From contig CBDFJQ010000002.1 of NCBI GenBank assembly GCA_965248575.1, forward strand, positions 1,504,001 through 1,568,000: 64,000 nucleotides of DNA, given 5' to 3'. Positions 18,812-28,708 of this stretch are shown piece after piece. The notes under the pieces were generated by a model. That model worked only from the letters and a program-made list of their open reading frames with translations. It did not search any database and had not been told where the DNA came from. This DNA is from Planctomycetota bacterium (GTDB lineage Bacteria; Planctomycetota; B15-G4). Made by a program: the position numbers and the translations under genes. Within the stretch, counting starts at the first letter, position 1, and every line of letters starts with the position of its first letter.

Positions 18812-20461
18812 ATGAGCACGACGGACTATGCCCCACCTGAAGAACGGGAACGCTGGGGCTCCCGACTAGGACTCATCCTGGCCATGGCCGGCAATGCCGT
18901 CGGCCTCGGCAACTTCCTGCGCTTCCCCAACCAGGCTGTGCAGAACGGACAGGGCGCCTTCATGGTGGCCTACTTCGTGAGCCTGTTGTTGCTGGGTATC
19001 CCGCTCATGTGGATGGAGTGGGGCATCGGGCGCCGAGGTGGACACTTCGGCTTCTCGACCTGCCCGGGCATGCTCCAGAGCCTGACCAAGGCGCGCTGGG
19101 TCAAATACGCCGGCGCCATCGGCGTCGTGATGCCGCTGCTGATCGTCATCTACTACGTCTACATCGAATCGTGGACGCTCGGCTACGCGGTGCAATCCGC
19201 CACCGGCGCGCTGACGGGTGAGGACCCGGGGGCACACTTCACGAAGTACCTGGGAGGCGATGGAGGTTTCCTGGGCATGGAGGCCCTGCAGGGCTCCGGC
19301 TGGGCCTATTTCTTCTTCGCGATCACGATCGGAGTCAATTTGCTCGTGCTTTCGCGCGGGCTCTCCAAGGGCATCGAGCTCATCGCGAAGATCGGCATGC
19401 CCGTGCTGTTGATCTGCGCCGTCGCCCTGGTCGCACGGGTGCTCACCCTGCCCGACTTCGAGGGCCGCTCGGCCATCGACGGCCTCGCCATCTACTGGAA
19501 CCCCTCCCAGTGGGGCGCGCTGTTCGACAACGCCACCGCCCAAACGCTGTTCGGCAAGGCTTCCTCAGCCATCTGGCTGGCGGCAGCAGGCCAGATCTTC
19601 TTCACCCTGTCGGTGGGATCCGGTGCGATCAACACCTATGCGTCCTACCTGACGCGGGACGACGACATCGCCCTGACCGGCCTGGCCACTGTCTCCACGA
19701 ACGAGTTCTGCGAAGTGGTGCTGGGCGGCACGCTCGCCATTCCAGCCGCCTACGTCTTCACCGGCATGTCGGGCGTCATGGAGGCCAGCAGCGGCAGCAT
19801 GGGCCTGGCGTTCATCACCATGCCCACGGTCTTCGACCAGATCCCGATCTTCGGTGGAGCCTCGGGCATCGCCGTGCTGGGCACGCTCTGGTTCGGCCTG
19901 CTGTTCGTGGCCGGGATCACGTCGTCGCTAGCGCTCTCCCAACCCGCAATGGCCTTCATGCAGGACACCATGGGGCTCACGAGGCGCAAGGCAGCTCTCA
20001 TCATCGGGGCGATCATCCTGCTCTTCGTGCAACCCGTCATCCTCATGCCGGGCGTCCTGGACGAGATCGACTACTGGGCTGGCACCTTCGGCCTCGTGCT
20101 CTTCTCCACCGTCGAGGTCGTGCTGTTCATGTGGGTCTTCGGCGCGAATCGCGCCTGGAAGGAGATCCACCACGGCGCGGACATACGCATCCCACGCATC
20201 TTCAAGGCACTGATGACCTACGTGACCCCCATCGTGCTGCTGACGATGCTCTTCATGTGGGGCAAGGACGTGGCCCTGGGGGTGCTTCAGTTCGACGTCG
20301 ACCCAGGCGGCAAGGCGTACACGGACGATTCCAAGACTGGCGCCATCGTGGGCAGGTCGTTGATGCTGGTCTTGTTCCTGTTCTTCGCTGTGCTCGTCGG
20401 TGTGGCCGCCAAGCGCGGGCGCTTCAAGGCCGTTGAGAATCTCCCTGGGGAGGACGCTTGA
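18812..20461 (+). CDS. Sodium-dependent NSS/SNF-family transporter
   Basis: RERWGSRLGLILAMAGNAVGLGNFLRFP, AAGQIFFTLS, AGITSS; GAGGAG SD before ATG 18812. Confidence 0.93.
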   Translation: MSTTDYAPPEERERWGSRLGLILAMAGNAVGLGNFLRFPNQAVQNGQGAFMVAYFVSLLLLGIPLMWMEWGIGRRGGHFGFSTCPGMLQSLTKARWVKYAGAIGVVMPLLIVIYYVYIESWTLGYAVQSATGALTGEDPGAHFTKYLGGDGGFLGMEALQGSGWAYFFFAITIGVNLLVLSRGLSKGIELIAKIGMPVLLICAVALVARVLTLPDFEGRSAIDGLAIYWNPSQWGALFDNATAQTLFGKASSAIWLAAAGQIFFTLSVGSGAINTYASYLTRDDDIALTGLATVSTNEFCEVVLGGTLAIPAAYVFTGMSGVMEASSGSMGLAFITMPTVFDQIPIFGGASGIAVLGTLWFGLLFVAGITSSLALSQPAMAFMQDTMGLTRRKAALIIGAIILLFVQPVILMPGVLDEIDYWAGTFGLVLFSTVEVVLFMWVFGANRAWKEIHHGADIRIPRIFKALMTYVTPIVLLTMLFMWGKDVALGVLQFDVDPGGKAYTDDSKTGAIVGRSLMLVLFLFFAVLVGVAAKRGRFKAVENLPGEDA

Positions 20462-20676
20462 TGATCTGCAGCTTCCTGATCGCAGCCTTCAACCTGCTGC
20501 TCCCAGCCCTCACGTCGGCCGCCCCCACTCCCCAGGATCTGCCTGAGCCCCAAATGGACATCGGCGGCTGGATCCTGCTGGGCGTTGCCTGGACCTCCGT
20601 CACCTGCCTACTCGTGTGGTCATTCGTGAGGGTGCTGTCCGACCCAAAACCGGGCCCTGACTCCGACGCGTCATGA
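20458..20676 (+). CDS. Small membrane protein, MetS-like NSS accessory subunit (true start may be 20554)
   Basis: MDIGGWILLGVAWTSVTCLLVWSFVRVL single TM helix immediately after the NSS gene. Confidence 0.55.
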   Translation: MMICSFLIAAFNLLLPALTSAAPTPQDLPEPQMDIGGWILLGVAWTSVTCLLVWSFVRVLSDPKPGPDSDAS

Positions 20677-21119
20677 CAGGGAAGGGCGCGCGCAGACGCC
20701 TCGCCGAGCGAGCACGGCGCGAACTCCCCCACCCTGGTGACCCACGCCTGCTCCTCGACGATCTGATCGAGCAGGAACTGTCCGGCCCCGAGGTGCTCGA
20801 GGTCCTGAGCCGTACCCAGCTGGCCTGGACTCAACTCAGAGACATCGGACTGGAGCGAAGCTGGCAGAACGGCTTCGGCTGGTTTCTCGCACGGAACCTG
20901 ATGCTGTTCGGCGTGCTGGCGTTGATCTTCGTCCTGTCGAGCCGCACGCCGACTGTGCTGCTCGAAGCCGGCCTGGCGGGAGCAACGGCCTACTATCTGC
21001 TCGTCCTGCTGCTGATGCCGGTCCGCATCCGCCGCCACAAACGCCGCCGCGCAGGCATCCTGCAAGCCTACGGAGCCGACCTGGGCAGTTACCTCGACGA
21101 GCTCGAGTCGCGCTCGTGA
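20673..21119 (+). CDS. Hypothetical two-TM membrane protein
   Basis: ATGA-coupled to the upstream ORF; two hydrophobic segments followed by a basic RIRRHKRRR stretch. Confidence 0.6.
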   Translation: MTGKGARRRLAERARRELPHPGDPRLLLDDLIEQELSGPEVLEVLSRTQLAWTQLRDIGLERSWQNGFGWFLARNLMLFGVLALIFVLSSRTPTVLLEAGLAGATAYYLLVLLLMPVRIRRHKRRRAGILQAYGADLGSYLDELESRS

Positions 21120-21135
21120 TTCGAGCTGCAGACTC

Positions 21136-22413
21136 CTAGCCAGGAGCCTGCCCGAGATCGAGCAGCTCGCCATGCTCCCGGCTGAGCTCCCCCTCCACAC
21201 AGGACAGAAGCAAGCCGCGCTGATCCAGCTGGGTGTGCAGCCTGACCGGCCCACGCCACAACGCCGCGAGGTTCTTCAAGGTCTGTTCGGCCGCATCCAT
21301 TTGCAGCTCGGCACCGCTCCAGCACTGCTCGAGTTCCAGCTCGGGGCCATCGGTCGACAGCATGCGGATCACGGGCTGCCCACCGTTGGTGAGTTGGGCC
21401 AGCAACTGCTCACGCGCCTCGGCGCAGCTTTCCGCGTCCTGGCCCAGACGGTGCGCGAGACAGAACTCATCGTCGAGGAAGTTGTCCACGAAGGTCAGGT
21501 CGTTGTGGATGGCACGGACCTCGTACAACTTCGACAACCCCTGCTCACCGCCACCGTGCGTGCGGTGCACATGACCGAAGAGTTCGATGCCCATCTTGTA
21601 GGGGTTCATGGGGCCGTCATCGCCACCCATGGCACCGCTGTGCTGGTCGGCGTAGTCCACGACCTCTGCGTCCCGCAGCAGCTCACCCGTCATCAGCCGG
21701 CTGTGCCAGAAGCTCGCCCAGCCCTCGTTCATGATCTTGGTCAACATCTGGGGCAGGAAGTAGTAGGTCTCGTCACGCAGCATTTCGAGCACCTCGGCTT
21801 CCCATGCCTCCAGGGGCGCGTCGCGCAGCAAGCGGCCCAGGACATCGCGCTCGCTGACACCCTGGTCACCGTCGAGCGGCGGCGCGTTGCCCGGACGTCC
21901 ACGGGCCCGGTCCAGGGCGCCATGGTCCACCAGGTTGTCCACGCTGTGCACCCGGTCGATGAAGCTCTCCACGCGCTCCATGCCGTGCCGGTCACCGAGC
22001 GCACGGATGCGTGCCCCGTGGCTCGCCAGCACGTCCATCATGTTGCCGTCGGTGTGCGAGAACCAGGCGTTGTTCGCGAAGAAGTCGGCGTGCCCACAGA
22101 CGTGAGCCATGACGAGCTTCTGCTCCACCGGCGAGTTCTGGCTGAGCAGGTAGGCCACGACGGGCCGGGTGTTCACCACCAACTCGTAGATCCGCTGGAG
22201 CCCGTAGGTGTGGCCCTTGATCAGGCGGTCGTACTCCATGCCGAAGCGCCAGTACGGGTAGCGCACCGGGAAACCGCCTAAGGCCGCGATCTCATTGAGC
22301 TGCTGGTGGTCCACCATCTCGTAGGTGATTTCGGGAAACTCCAGCCCGAAGGAGCCCGCCAAGGCCTCCACCTCGGCTTGCAGCGCCCGCAGTCCTGGCG
22401 AAATGCCCGACAT
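21136..22413 (-). CDS. SpoVR/YcgB family protein
   Basis: GGFPVRYPYWRFGMEY, IYELVVN, LVMAHVCGHADFF, TKIMNEGWASFWH, NPYKMG; start MSGISP at 22413. Confidence 0.92.
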   Translation of the reverse strand: MSGISPGLRALQAEVEALAGSFGLEFPEITYEMVDHQQLNEIAALGGFPVRYPYWRFGMEYDRLIKGHTYGLQRIYELVVNTRPVVAYLLSQNSPVEQKLVMAHVCGHADFFANNAWFSHTDGNMMDVLASHGARIRALGDRHGMERVESFIDRVHSVDNLVDHGALDRARGRPGNAPPLDGDQGVSERDVLGRLLRDAPLEAWEAEVLEMLRDETYYFLPQMLTKIMNEGWASFWHSRLMTGELLRDAEVVDYADQHSGAMGGDDGPMNPYKMGIELFGHVHRTHGGGEQGLSKLYEVRAIHNDLTFVDNFLDDEFCLAHRLGQDAESCAEAREQLLAQLTNGGQPVIRMLSTDGPELELEQCWSGAELQMDAAEQTLKNLAALWRGPVRLHTQLDQRGLLLSCVEGELSREHGELLDLGQAPG

Positions 22414-22415
22414 GC

Positions 22416-23525
22416 CTAGAGCCCCTTGCCGAGGAACGTCTTGATGGCCGGCAGGATGCCGTCGCGATCCAGGATCTCGCTGCTGATCACATTGGCCTCG
22501 CTGCTGACGGCGGCCTCCAGGTCCTTCATGAACTGCCCGGATCCGTAGGCGCTCTTCACCTGTCCGTAGCAGAACATGTTCACGCTCGGCAGCAGGTGCT
22601 CGCGCAAGAGCGCCAGGCACTTCTCGGTGTCGCGGCCACTCCAGTTGTCGCCGTCCGAGAAATGGAACAGGTAGACGTTCCAATCGGAGGCGGGGAACTG
22701 TGTCTCCAACATGCTCGCCGCGAGTTCATAGGCGGAGCTGATCTTCGTGCCGCCGGACTCGCGCAAGCGATAGAAGGTGTCCTGGTCGACCTCTTTCGCC
22801 GAGGCGTCATGCACCATGTAGCGCGTCTCGAGGCTGCTGTACTGGCTGCGCAACCAGGTGTCGATCCAGAAGGACACCAGCCGCACGATCTCCTTCTGTT
22901 CCCGGCCCATCGAGCCCGAGACGTCCATCATGTAGAGGATCATGGCAGCGTGATCCGGCTTGCTGACCTCCCGGAAGCTGCGGTAGCGGAAATCGTCGGC
23001 GATGGGCGAGAGTCGTGGATTGCACGAGTCGTAGGAGTTGTCACCGATCTGACGCTTCAGGGTCTCCTTGATCGTGCGCCGCATATGCCGCAAGGAGCGC
23101 GGGCCCTGACGACCGATGCTGTTGTACTTGTTGCTCTTGACCTCGACCTGGGCACGACCGCGGGGCTGGATGTTGGGAAGCTCCAACTCGTCGCCAAGGA
23201 TGGCCGCCATCTCTTCCAGGCGTAGCTCGACCTCCAGCAGGTGCTGACCCGCAGCGTTGCCTGCACTCCCAACGGCTTCAGTCTCGCCGCTGGAGCCCTC
23301 GCCATCGCCATCCCCCTCGCTCGCCTTGTTGCCCGAGCTGTTCGAACCGTACCGAAGACGCGGCAGCTCGATGCGCGGCACGGGGATGGACACGAGCTGC
23401 CGCCCCCGTCGCCCGATCATCTCGCTGCCTGTGACGTAGCGCTTCAGATCACGCTTGATCTGTCCACGGACGATCTCGTCGAAGCGCCGCCGATCCCGTT
23501 CGATGCGCCCGCCATGCTCGGTCAC
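22416..23525 (-). CDS. YeaH/YhbH (DUF444) vWA-like protein
   Basis: MMDVSGSM, ESGGTKISSAY, HFSDGDNW. Confidence 0.92.
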   Translation of the reverse strand: MTEHGGRIERDRRRFDEIVRGQIKRDLKRYVTGSEMIGRRGRQLVSIPVPRIELPRLRYGSNSSGNKASEGDGDGEGSSGETEAVGSAGNAAGQHLLEVELRLEEMAAILGDELELPNIQPRGRAQVEVKSNKYNSIGRQGPRSLRHMRRTIKETLKRQIGDNSYDSCNPRLSPIADDFRYRSFREVSKPDHAAMILYMMDVSGSMGREQKEIVRLVSFWIDTWLRSQYSSLETRYMVHDASAKEVDQDTFYRLRESGGTKISSAYELAASMLETQFPASDWNVYLFHFSDGDNWSGRDTEKCLALLREHLLPSVNMFCYGQVKSAYGSGQFMKDLEAAVSSEANVISSEILDRDGILPAIKTFLGKGL

Positions 23526-25624
23526 GGGTCCTCGCCTTGCTCCGGCTCCGCCGCCTTGGCATCACCGCGTGCGAAGAGCCCCGCGACATGTTCCAGCGTG
23601 CGCGCCGCGCAGGACTCGCAGTAACCCGAGTCGCGCACCAGACGCCCGGCCACCAGCTCCACCTTCTCGGCTGCGTCGCGGTCCACCACCGTGCTACTGC
23701 CGGACGTCAGCTGGAAGCTGTCGCGGCTGTCCTCGAACAACTTCAGCTCCAAGGCCGAGCGCAAGCGCGGGTTCGAGGTGTAGGTGAAGCTCTCGCCCCG
23801 GCTCGCCAGGGCATCGATGTAGTTGACGATCTCGCGCCGGAAGTCTGCCTTGCGCGATTCGGTGACGCCGATCTTCTCCTCAATCGCACGCATCAGCCGT
23901 TCGTTCGCCGAACCCTCGCCACGCACGCTCGCGGTGACCGCATCGACGTAGTTGCAGCACAGGCGGCGCACACCATCCGTGTCCGCCACCACGGCATCCC
24001 GCACCTCGGTCTTGATCTGCTCCTCGATCTCCTCCCGAACCAAGGCGATGAGTTCGGTGAACTGACGGCGCTTCTCATCGTTGTCCATGAGGGGGTGGTT
24101 CGCGAGACCAGCCTCAAGCGAATCGAGCACATCGAAAGCCATCAGGCAGGGCGGTGCGCCGTCAGCTACCAGGGCCGCAGCCACCCGGTCCTGGATGAAG
24201 CGCGGGGAGACGCCCTCCATGCCTTCGGAGGTGGCATCGCGTCGCAGCTCGGCCGCCGTCTGGGGCCCGTGGCCGGCCACCGTCTGCCCGTCGTAGAGGC
24301 GCAGCTTCTGCATCAGCGAGATGCTGGCGTTCTTGGGCTCGTGCAGCCGGGTGAGCACCGCCCACATCGCCGCAGCGTCCAGAGCGTGTGGCGCGAGATG
24401 CCGCCCTGCGCACGCGCTGGTGCCGAAGCTCTTGCGATAGATGCGTACTTCCTGGCTGAATCGCCGGTTGTAGGGGATGTCGATCTTGCAGGTGCGATCC
24501 CGGAACGCCTCCATGAGTTCGTTGCCTTGCAGGCGCCGGTACTCGGGGCTGTTCGTGTGGCCCAAGATCACCTCGTCGATGTCCGTCTGGGCGAATTTCT
24601 TCGGCTTGACGCTCTGTTCCTGGGTCGCTCCCAGCAGGTCGTAGAGGAAGGCCACGTCGAGCTTCAGCAGCTCGATGAACTCGATCATGCCCCGATTGGC
24701 GACGTGGAACTCGCCGTCGAAGTTGAAGGCGCGCGGGTCGCTGTCGCTGCCGTACTCCGCGATGCGGCGGTAGTTGATGTCGCCCGTGAGTTCCGTGGAG
24801 TCCTGGTTCTTCTCGTCCTTCGGTTGGAAGGTGCCGATCCCACACCGGTCCTGCTCGGACAAGCTGAAGCGATAGACCTCGATGGAGCGCTCGACCGCTG
24901 CGAAGTCCCCGCCCGAATCGCGCATGACGTGATCGAAGTAGAAGCGGCACAAGGGGCACAGGTCGCCCGTAGGACCCAAGATGTAGTCACCATCGAAACG
25001 CTGGTTCAAGTCCCTGTAGACGGCTGACACGGCCTCCTGTGGCAGGAGGTGCATAGGGTCCTCGTGCATGGGGCAGTCATGGGCCTCGCCGTCGATGTGC
25101 CAGCGGTAGCTGTAGATGGCCCCGTCTTCCCGTTTCGACAGGTCCTGCAAGCCGCGCTTCAACAGGCGGGCGATGGTCGACTTGGAGCTACCTACCGGCC
25201 CGTGCAGAAGCAGGACGCGCCGCTCCGGCCCGAGCCCGTGGGCCGCCGCGCGCAGATGGGAGACAAACTCGGCCAGCGGTTGCTCGATGCCGAAGATGCC
25301 GTCGCGGCCCTTGTCGAAAGGGTCCTCGAAGAAGCGGTAGTGGACGGGGCGGTCGCTGCCGGCGGGCGGCGTCTCCAGCCCGAAGCTGACGATCATGTCG
25401 TACATGCGCTGGAAGGCGTTGCGTGCCAGGCGGGGCTCGGCGCGCAGCATCTCCAGATACGACGAGAGGCTCCCGCGCCAGTGCAGGTCCTTCCAGGCGC
25501 TGGCGGTGTCGATGCCACGCGCCACCTGGATGTACGGCGGGAGCGACACGAGCCCATCTGCGTCCGACTCGCTCAACTCGCGAGGGGTGCGGACGGGTCG
25601 GTCATCGAGGCGGTCGTCGTGCAT
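23522..25624 (-). CDS. prkA: PrkA/YeaG AAA+ serine kinase family protein
   Basis: LLLHGPVGSSKST, CPMHEDP, DPRAFNFDGEFHVANRG, EAFRDR, EGMEGVSPRF. Confidence 0.93.
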   Translation of the reverse strand: MHDDRLDDRPVRTPRELSESDADGLVSLPPYIQVARGIDTASAWKDLHWRGSLSSYLEMLRAEPRLARNAFQRMYDMIVSFGLETPPAGSDRPVHYRFFEDPFDKGRDGIFGIEQPLAEFVSHLRAAAHGLGPERRVLLLHGPVGSSKSTIARLLKRGLQDLSKREDGAIYSYRWHIDGEAHDCPMHEDPMHLLPQEAVSAVYRDLNQRFDGDYILGPTGDLCPLCRFYFDHVMRDSGGDFAAVERSIEVYRFSLSEQDRCGIGTFQPKDEKNQDSTELTGDINYRRIAEYGSDSDPRAFNFDGEFHVANRGMIEFIELLKLDVAFLYDLLGATQEQSVKPKKFAQTDIDEVILGHTNSPEYRRLQGNELMEAFRDRTCKIDIPYNRRFSQEVRIYRKSFGTSACAGRHLAPHALDAAAMWAVLTRLHEPKNASISLMQKLRLYDGQTVAGHGPQTAAELRRDATSEGMEGVSPRFIQDRVAAALVADGAPPCLMAFDVLDSLEAGLANHPLMDNDEKRRQFTELIALVREEIEEQIKTEVRDAVVADTDGVRRLCCNYVDAVTASVRGEGSANERLMRAIEEKIGVTESRKADFRREIVNYIDALASRGESFTYTSNPRLRSALELKLFEDSRDSFQLTSGSSTVVDRDAAEKVELVAGRLVRDSGYCESCAARTLEHVAGLFARGDAKAAEPEQGEDP

Positions 25625-25716
25625 GGGACGTTCCCGGAGGTAGGGAGAGCGTCACCCTCTTTCGGCACGTCGACCAAGGCGGCTGAAGGCCAGAACGGGG
25701 CGCCTGGCCTCCTGGC

Positions 25717-28425
25717 TCAGCTCAAATGGCGCGGGAAGACCAGCATCAGCAGCCAGATCAGGGCCCCTGCCAGAGACAGCCGCAACCCCCAGGTATAGCT
25801 GGCGGGCTCATAGGAATAGAGCACCTGATGGCGGCCTTCCGGCAAGGCCACCCCCTGCCAGCACAGGTTCACGAAGTGGGTGTCCAGGGTGGGCCCCCCG
25901 TCGATGGACACCCCCCAGCCAGGGGCCTTGTTCTCGGCCAGGATCAGCAGCGTGTCGCCGCTGGTCTCCGTGACGACCTCGATCTCCCTGCCGCGATGCT
26001 CCACCGAGACGACGCGCCCTGTGCCACCCAGCTCGCCGACCCACGGCTGCTCGAGCAAGGCCACCTCACCAGGGTCAGCTGCCCGCATCGTCTCGTAGGA
26101 ATCGCTGGCGACATCCATGGCTTCACCCACGACGTAGGCCCGGCCCCGGTTGTCCAAGTTCTCCCAGATGCGCGTCTCGCTCTCGTGGACCAGCTCCAGG
26201 CCCGGAATGTCCGAGAGGTCCGTGCCCAGATCCGTGAGCACATAGCGCACGTCTAGCGTGTCGAATCGCCGGCTGCCGTAGTCCGCACTCTCGCGCGAGA
26301 AGCTGTAGCTGGCAAAGGCGTCCATCTTGAGCTCCACCTGTTGCAGCCAGTGGTGGGTCCGCGAATACCCCAGGTTGTCGTAGCTGAGCAGGTGGTCGAC
26401 CCCCGCCACGAACTGCGTGTCGGGGGGAAGCAGCGTGCCTTCCGTGAAGATCCGGAAGGGAGCTTCCTGGGCACGCAGGAACTCCACGGTCTTCGTCGGC
26501 GGAAACAGTTGGTCCACATCGCAACCGACGTTGTAGCCCTCAGCCAGGCTCAGGACGTCCACAGCCACCACCACCGCGAGCACCCATGGCCCTTGCGCGC
26601 GGTTGCGCATCACCAACCAACCGAGGCAACCCAAGGCCGCCGCGAGCATCAGCAGGTCGCGCGTGGACAGCCGGCGCTCCCGGCCGATCTGCAGGCGCTG
26701 GTCCGCCAGCACATGCGTCTCGCCCTTGTTGATGGCCTCCACCCGCAAGCGATGGCGCCCCTCCTCCATACGGTAGGTCAGCAGGGCCTCCCGGAAGGGA
26801 AGCCCTGGGAGTGTCGCTGCCGCCATTCCGGAGCGCAGCACCTTGCCGTCGACCAGGATGCGCAGGTCCTCGACCGGCTGTTTCAGATCGAGGCAGATGG
26901 CCACCGAACCTCGCCCCCCGTGCACGATGTCCGGGTCGGGTCCTCGCAGACTTCCCGTGCGCACGCGCGGGCCCTCGCGCTCGTTGAAGGGCATCTGCAA
27001 GACGAGAAACGCGAGGACAAGCGACAGGGCCATGGTCACCGCGAGTCGCCCGACCCCTAGCAGCACCCCGGGCTTTACCCCCTTGGTCGCCAGGCGCTGA
27101 ACGACCATCGCTCCGCCGCAGGCCGTGCAGAAGCCCACGGGCCCCAGCAGGCGCGTCGGAGCCACTTCGGTCAGACCGGGCACGAGCCGGACCAGGCCCT
27201 CGACGCCGGGCAGATGGAAGGCCGCGCCCCACAGCAGCAGGCCGACGACCGAGAAGAAGCGGATGAAGCCATGCCCCATGCCCACGAAGAACCCGAGCGT
27301 CAGCAACAGGGGCGGCAGGACCCCCACATAACCAGCGTTGAGCCCAGGGAAGTCCTGCGCCGCCGTGAACGCGCCCCCCCCCGTGGGATTGCCATAGAGC
27401 TCGGGCAGGAAGATGACACCGCTCGAAACAGCCATGCCCATCTGGCGCGCCATGACCGTGCCCAGCACGCAAGCTGCCACGGCCACGATGCGCTTCGCGA
27501 AACCGGGGCTCGCCGAACTGCGCAGGATTGCCACGGCCCCGATGAACAAGAAGGCGTAGATCACGGAAGCGAAGGAGACGCCCCCCGCTTCCAAGCGCGA
27601 AGTCTCCAGCTCTCGAAGCCGCAGGCCGTGGCTCGCCTGGGCGTACTCCAGGAAGGGCAGCCACTGCACGGCAGACAAGGCCACTGCCAACAGACCGGCA
27701 CCCAGGACCAACATGCGCCCGTGGGAATCCCAGAGCCTGTAGAGGGCCCAGAGGCCCGCCACCAGGCCAGCCACGAAGCCCGTCTCTGGATGGCCGCCCA
27801 GCACGAACAGGGCGAAGCCTGCGGCCAGCACTGCCACTCGACGACGGCTCGGGTCGGAGGCCACGCGCTCCACGGCCCAGAAGGTGAATGGCATGGCGAG
27901 CAGCGTGTGCGACAGGGCGTACTGCAACCAGAGCACCTGATGGCCACCGAAACCGAACGCCACCGCCCCGAAGTAGGCGGCCGGAACCGAAATGTTGAGT
28001 CGCCTCAGGAACAGCCAGGTGAAGAACGACCCCAGCGTCAGCACCAGGAGGCCCTGCAGCCAAGGCAGCCAATGGAGGTCGACCACCGCCGCCAGCCAGG
28101 TCAGGGGGTGCACCAAGGCGCTGCTGATGTTGCCGAGGAAGGGCTGGCCACCGCCCCCGCGCGAGGTCCACAAGGCGTCGGCCTCCCCCGCGAAGACCCG
28201 CGCCGCCTCCATCAAGTACGGATAGAAGATTCGGGGCTGGTCCACCAGGTAGCTGTTGAACGCCTCAGGGCGTTCCAGAACCCGACTCCACGGCGCCGAC
28301 CGGCTCAGGGACTCATGGGCAATCAGGACGCGATCAGAGCCGAAGCCATCGCGCAGCAGCCAAGCGGCCAGAGCCGTAAAAACGGCCAGCGCAAGCCAGG
28401 CTGAGCGAGCTCTCGTCGATGGCAC
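25717..28425 (-). CDS. YfhO-family polytopic membrane glycosyltransferase (GT-C like)
   Basis: DQPRIFYP...ALWTSRGGGGQPFLGN, GGHPET, SAVQWLPFLEY, C-terminal PGW...GVALPEGRHQVLYSYEP plus a TM helix; likely GTG start 28425. Confidence 0.82.
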   Translation of the reverse strand: MPSTRARSAWLALAVFTALAAWLLRDGFGSDRVLIAHESLSRSAPWSRVLERPEAFNSYLVDQPRIFYPYLMEAARVFAGEADALWTSRGGGGQPFLGNISSALVHPLTWLAAVVDLHWLPWLQGLLVLTLGSFFTWLFLRRLNISVPAAYFGAVAFGFGGHQVLWLQYALSHTLLAMPFTFWAVERVASDPSRRRVAVLAAGFALFVLGGHPETGFVAGLVAGLWALYRLWDSHGRMLVLGAGLLAVALSAVQWLPFLEYAQASHGLRLRELETSRLEAGGVSFASVIYAFLFIGAVAILRSSASPGFAKRIVAVAACVLGTVMARQMGMAVSSGVIFLPELYGNPTGGGAFTAAQDFPGLNAGYVGVLPPLLLTLGFFVGMGHGFIRFFSVVGLLLWGAAFHLPGVEGLVRLVPGLTEVAPTRLLGPVGFCTACGGAMVVQRLATKGVKPGVLLGVGRLAVTMALSLVLAFLVLQMPFNEREGPRVRTGSLRGPDPDIVHGGRGSVAICLDLKQPVEDLRILVDGKVLRSGMAAATLPGLPFREALLTYRMEEGRHRLRVEAINKGETHVLADQRLQIGRERRLSTRDLLMLAAALGCLGWLVMRNRAQGPWVLAVVVAVDVLSLAEGYNVGCDVDQLFPPTKTVEFLRAQEAPFRIFTEGTLLPPDTQFVAGVDHLLSYDNLGYSRTHHWLQQVELKMDAFASYSFSRESADYGSRRFDTLDVRYVLTDLGTDLSDIPGLELVHESETRIWENLDNRGRAYVVGEAMDVASDSYETMRAADPGEVALLEQPWVGELGGTGRVVSVEHRGREIEVVTETSGDTLLILAENKAPGWGVSIDGGPTLDTHFVNLCWQGVALPEGRHQVLYSYEPASYTWGLRLSLAGALIWLLMLVFPRHLS

Positions 28426-28708
28426 CAAACAGCCCCCAGGGAGGCCCGTCACGTTCCGCTGGGGACGCGCTGTCCCAACTCTGGCGGCGAAAGAGCATAG
28501 GCCCTTACCCAGCCATGGACAACGCGCACGGGCAGGCCCAATCCCCAGGAGGCCCGCTCCGGCCCTCACGTCGATGTCTCCGTCCGTCCGATGAGGTAGA
28601 GTTCCCTTCCGCTGTGTGTCCGAGCTGACATCCCTCTCCCAAATGGGTGAGACACGAGCCGCTCGGGTGCTGTCTCTGTTCGCCGACCACCGAGCCCTCC
28701 TGACCCCG

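Noticed and set aside
21136..25624. prkA-yeaH-spoVR as a novel system or a sign of sporulation
   Set aside because: A widely conserved, known trio that also occurs in non-sporulating bacteria.
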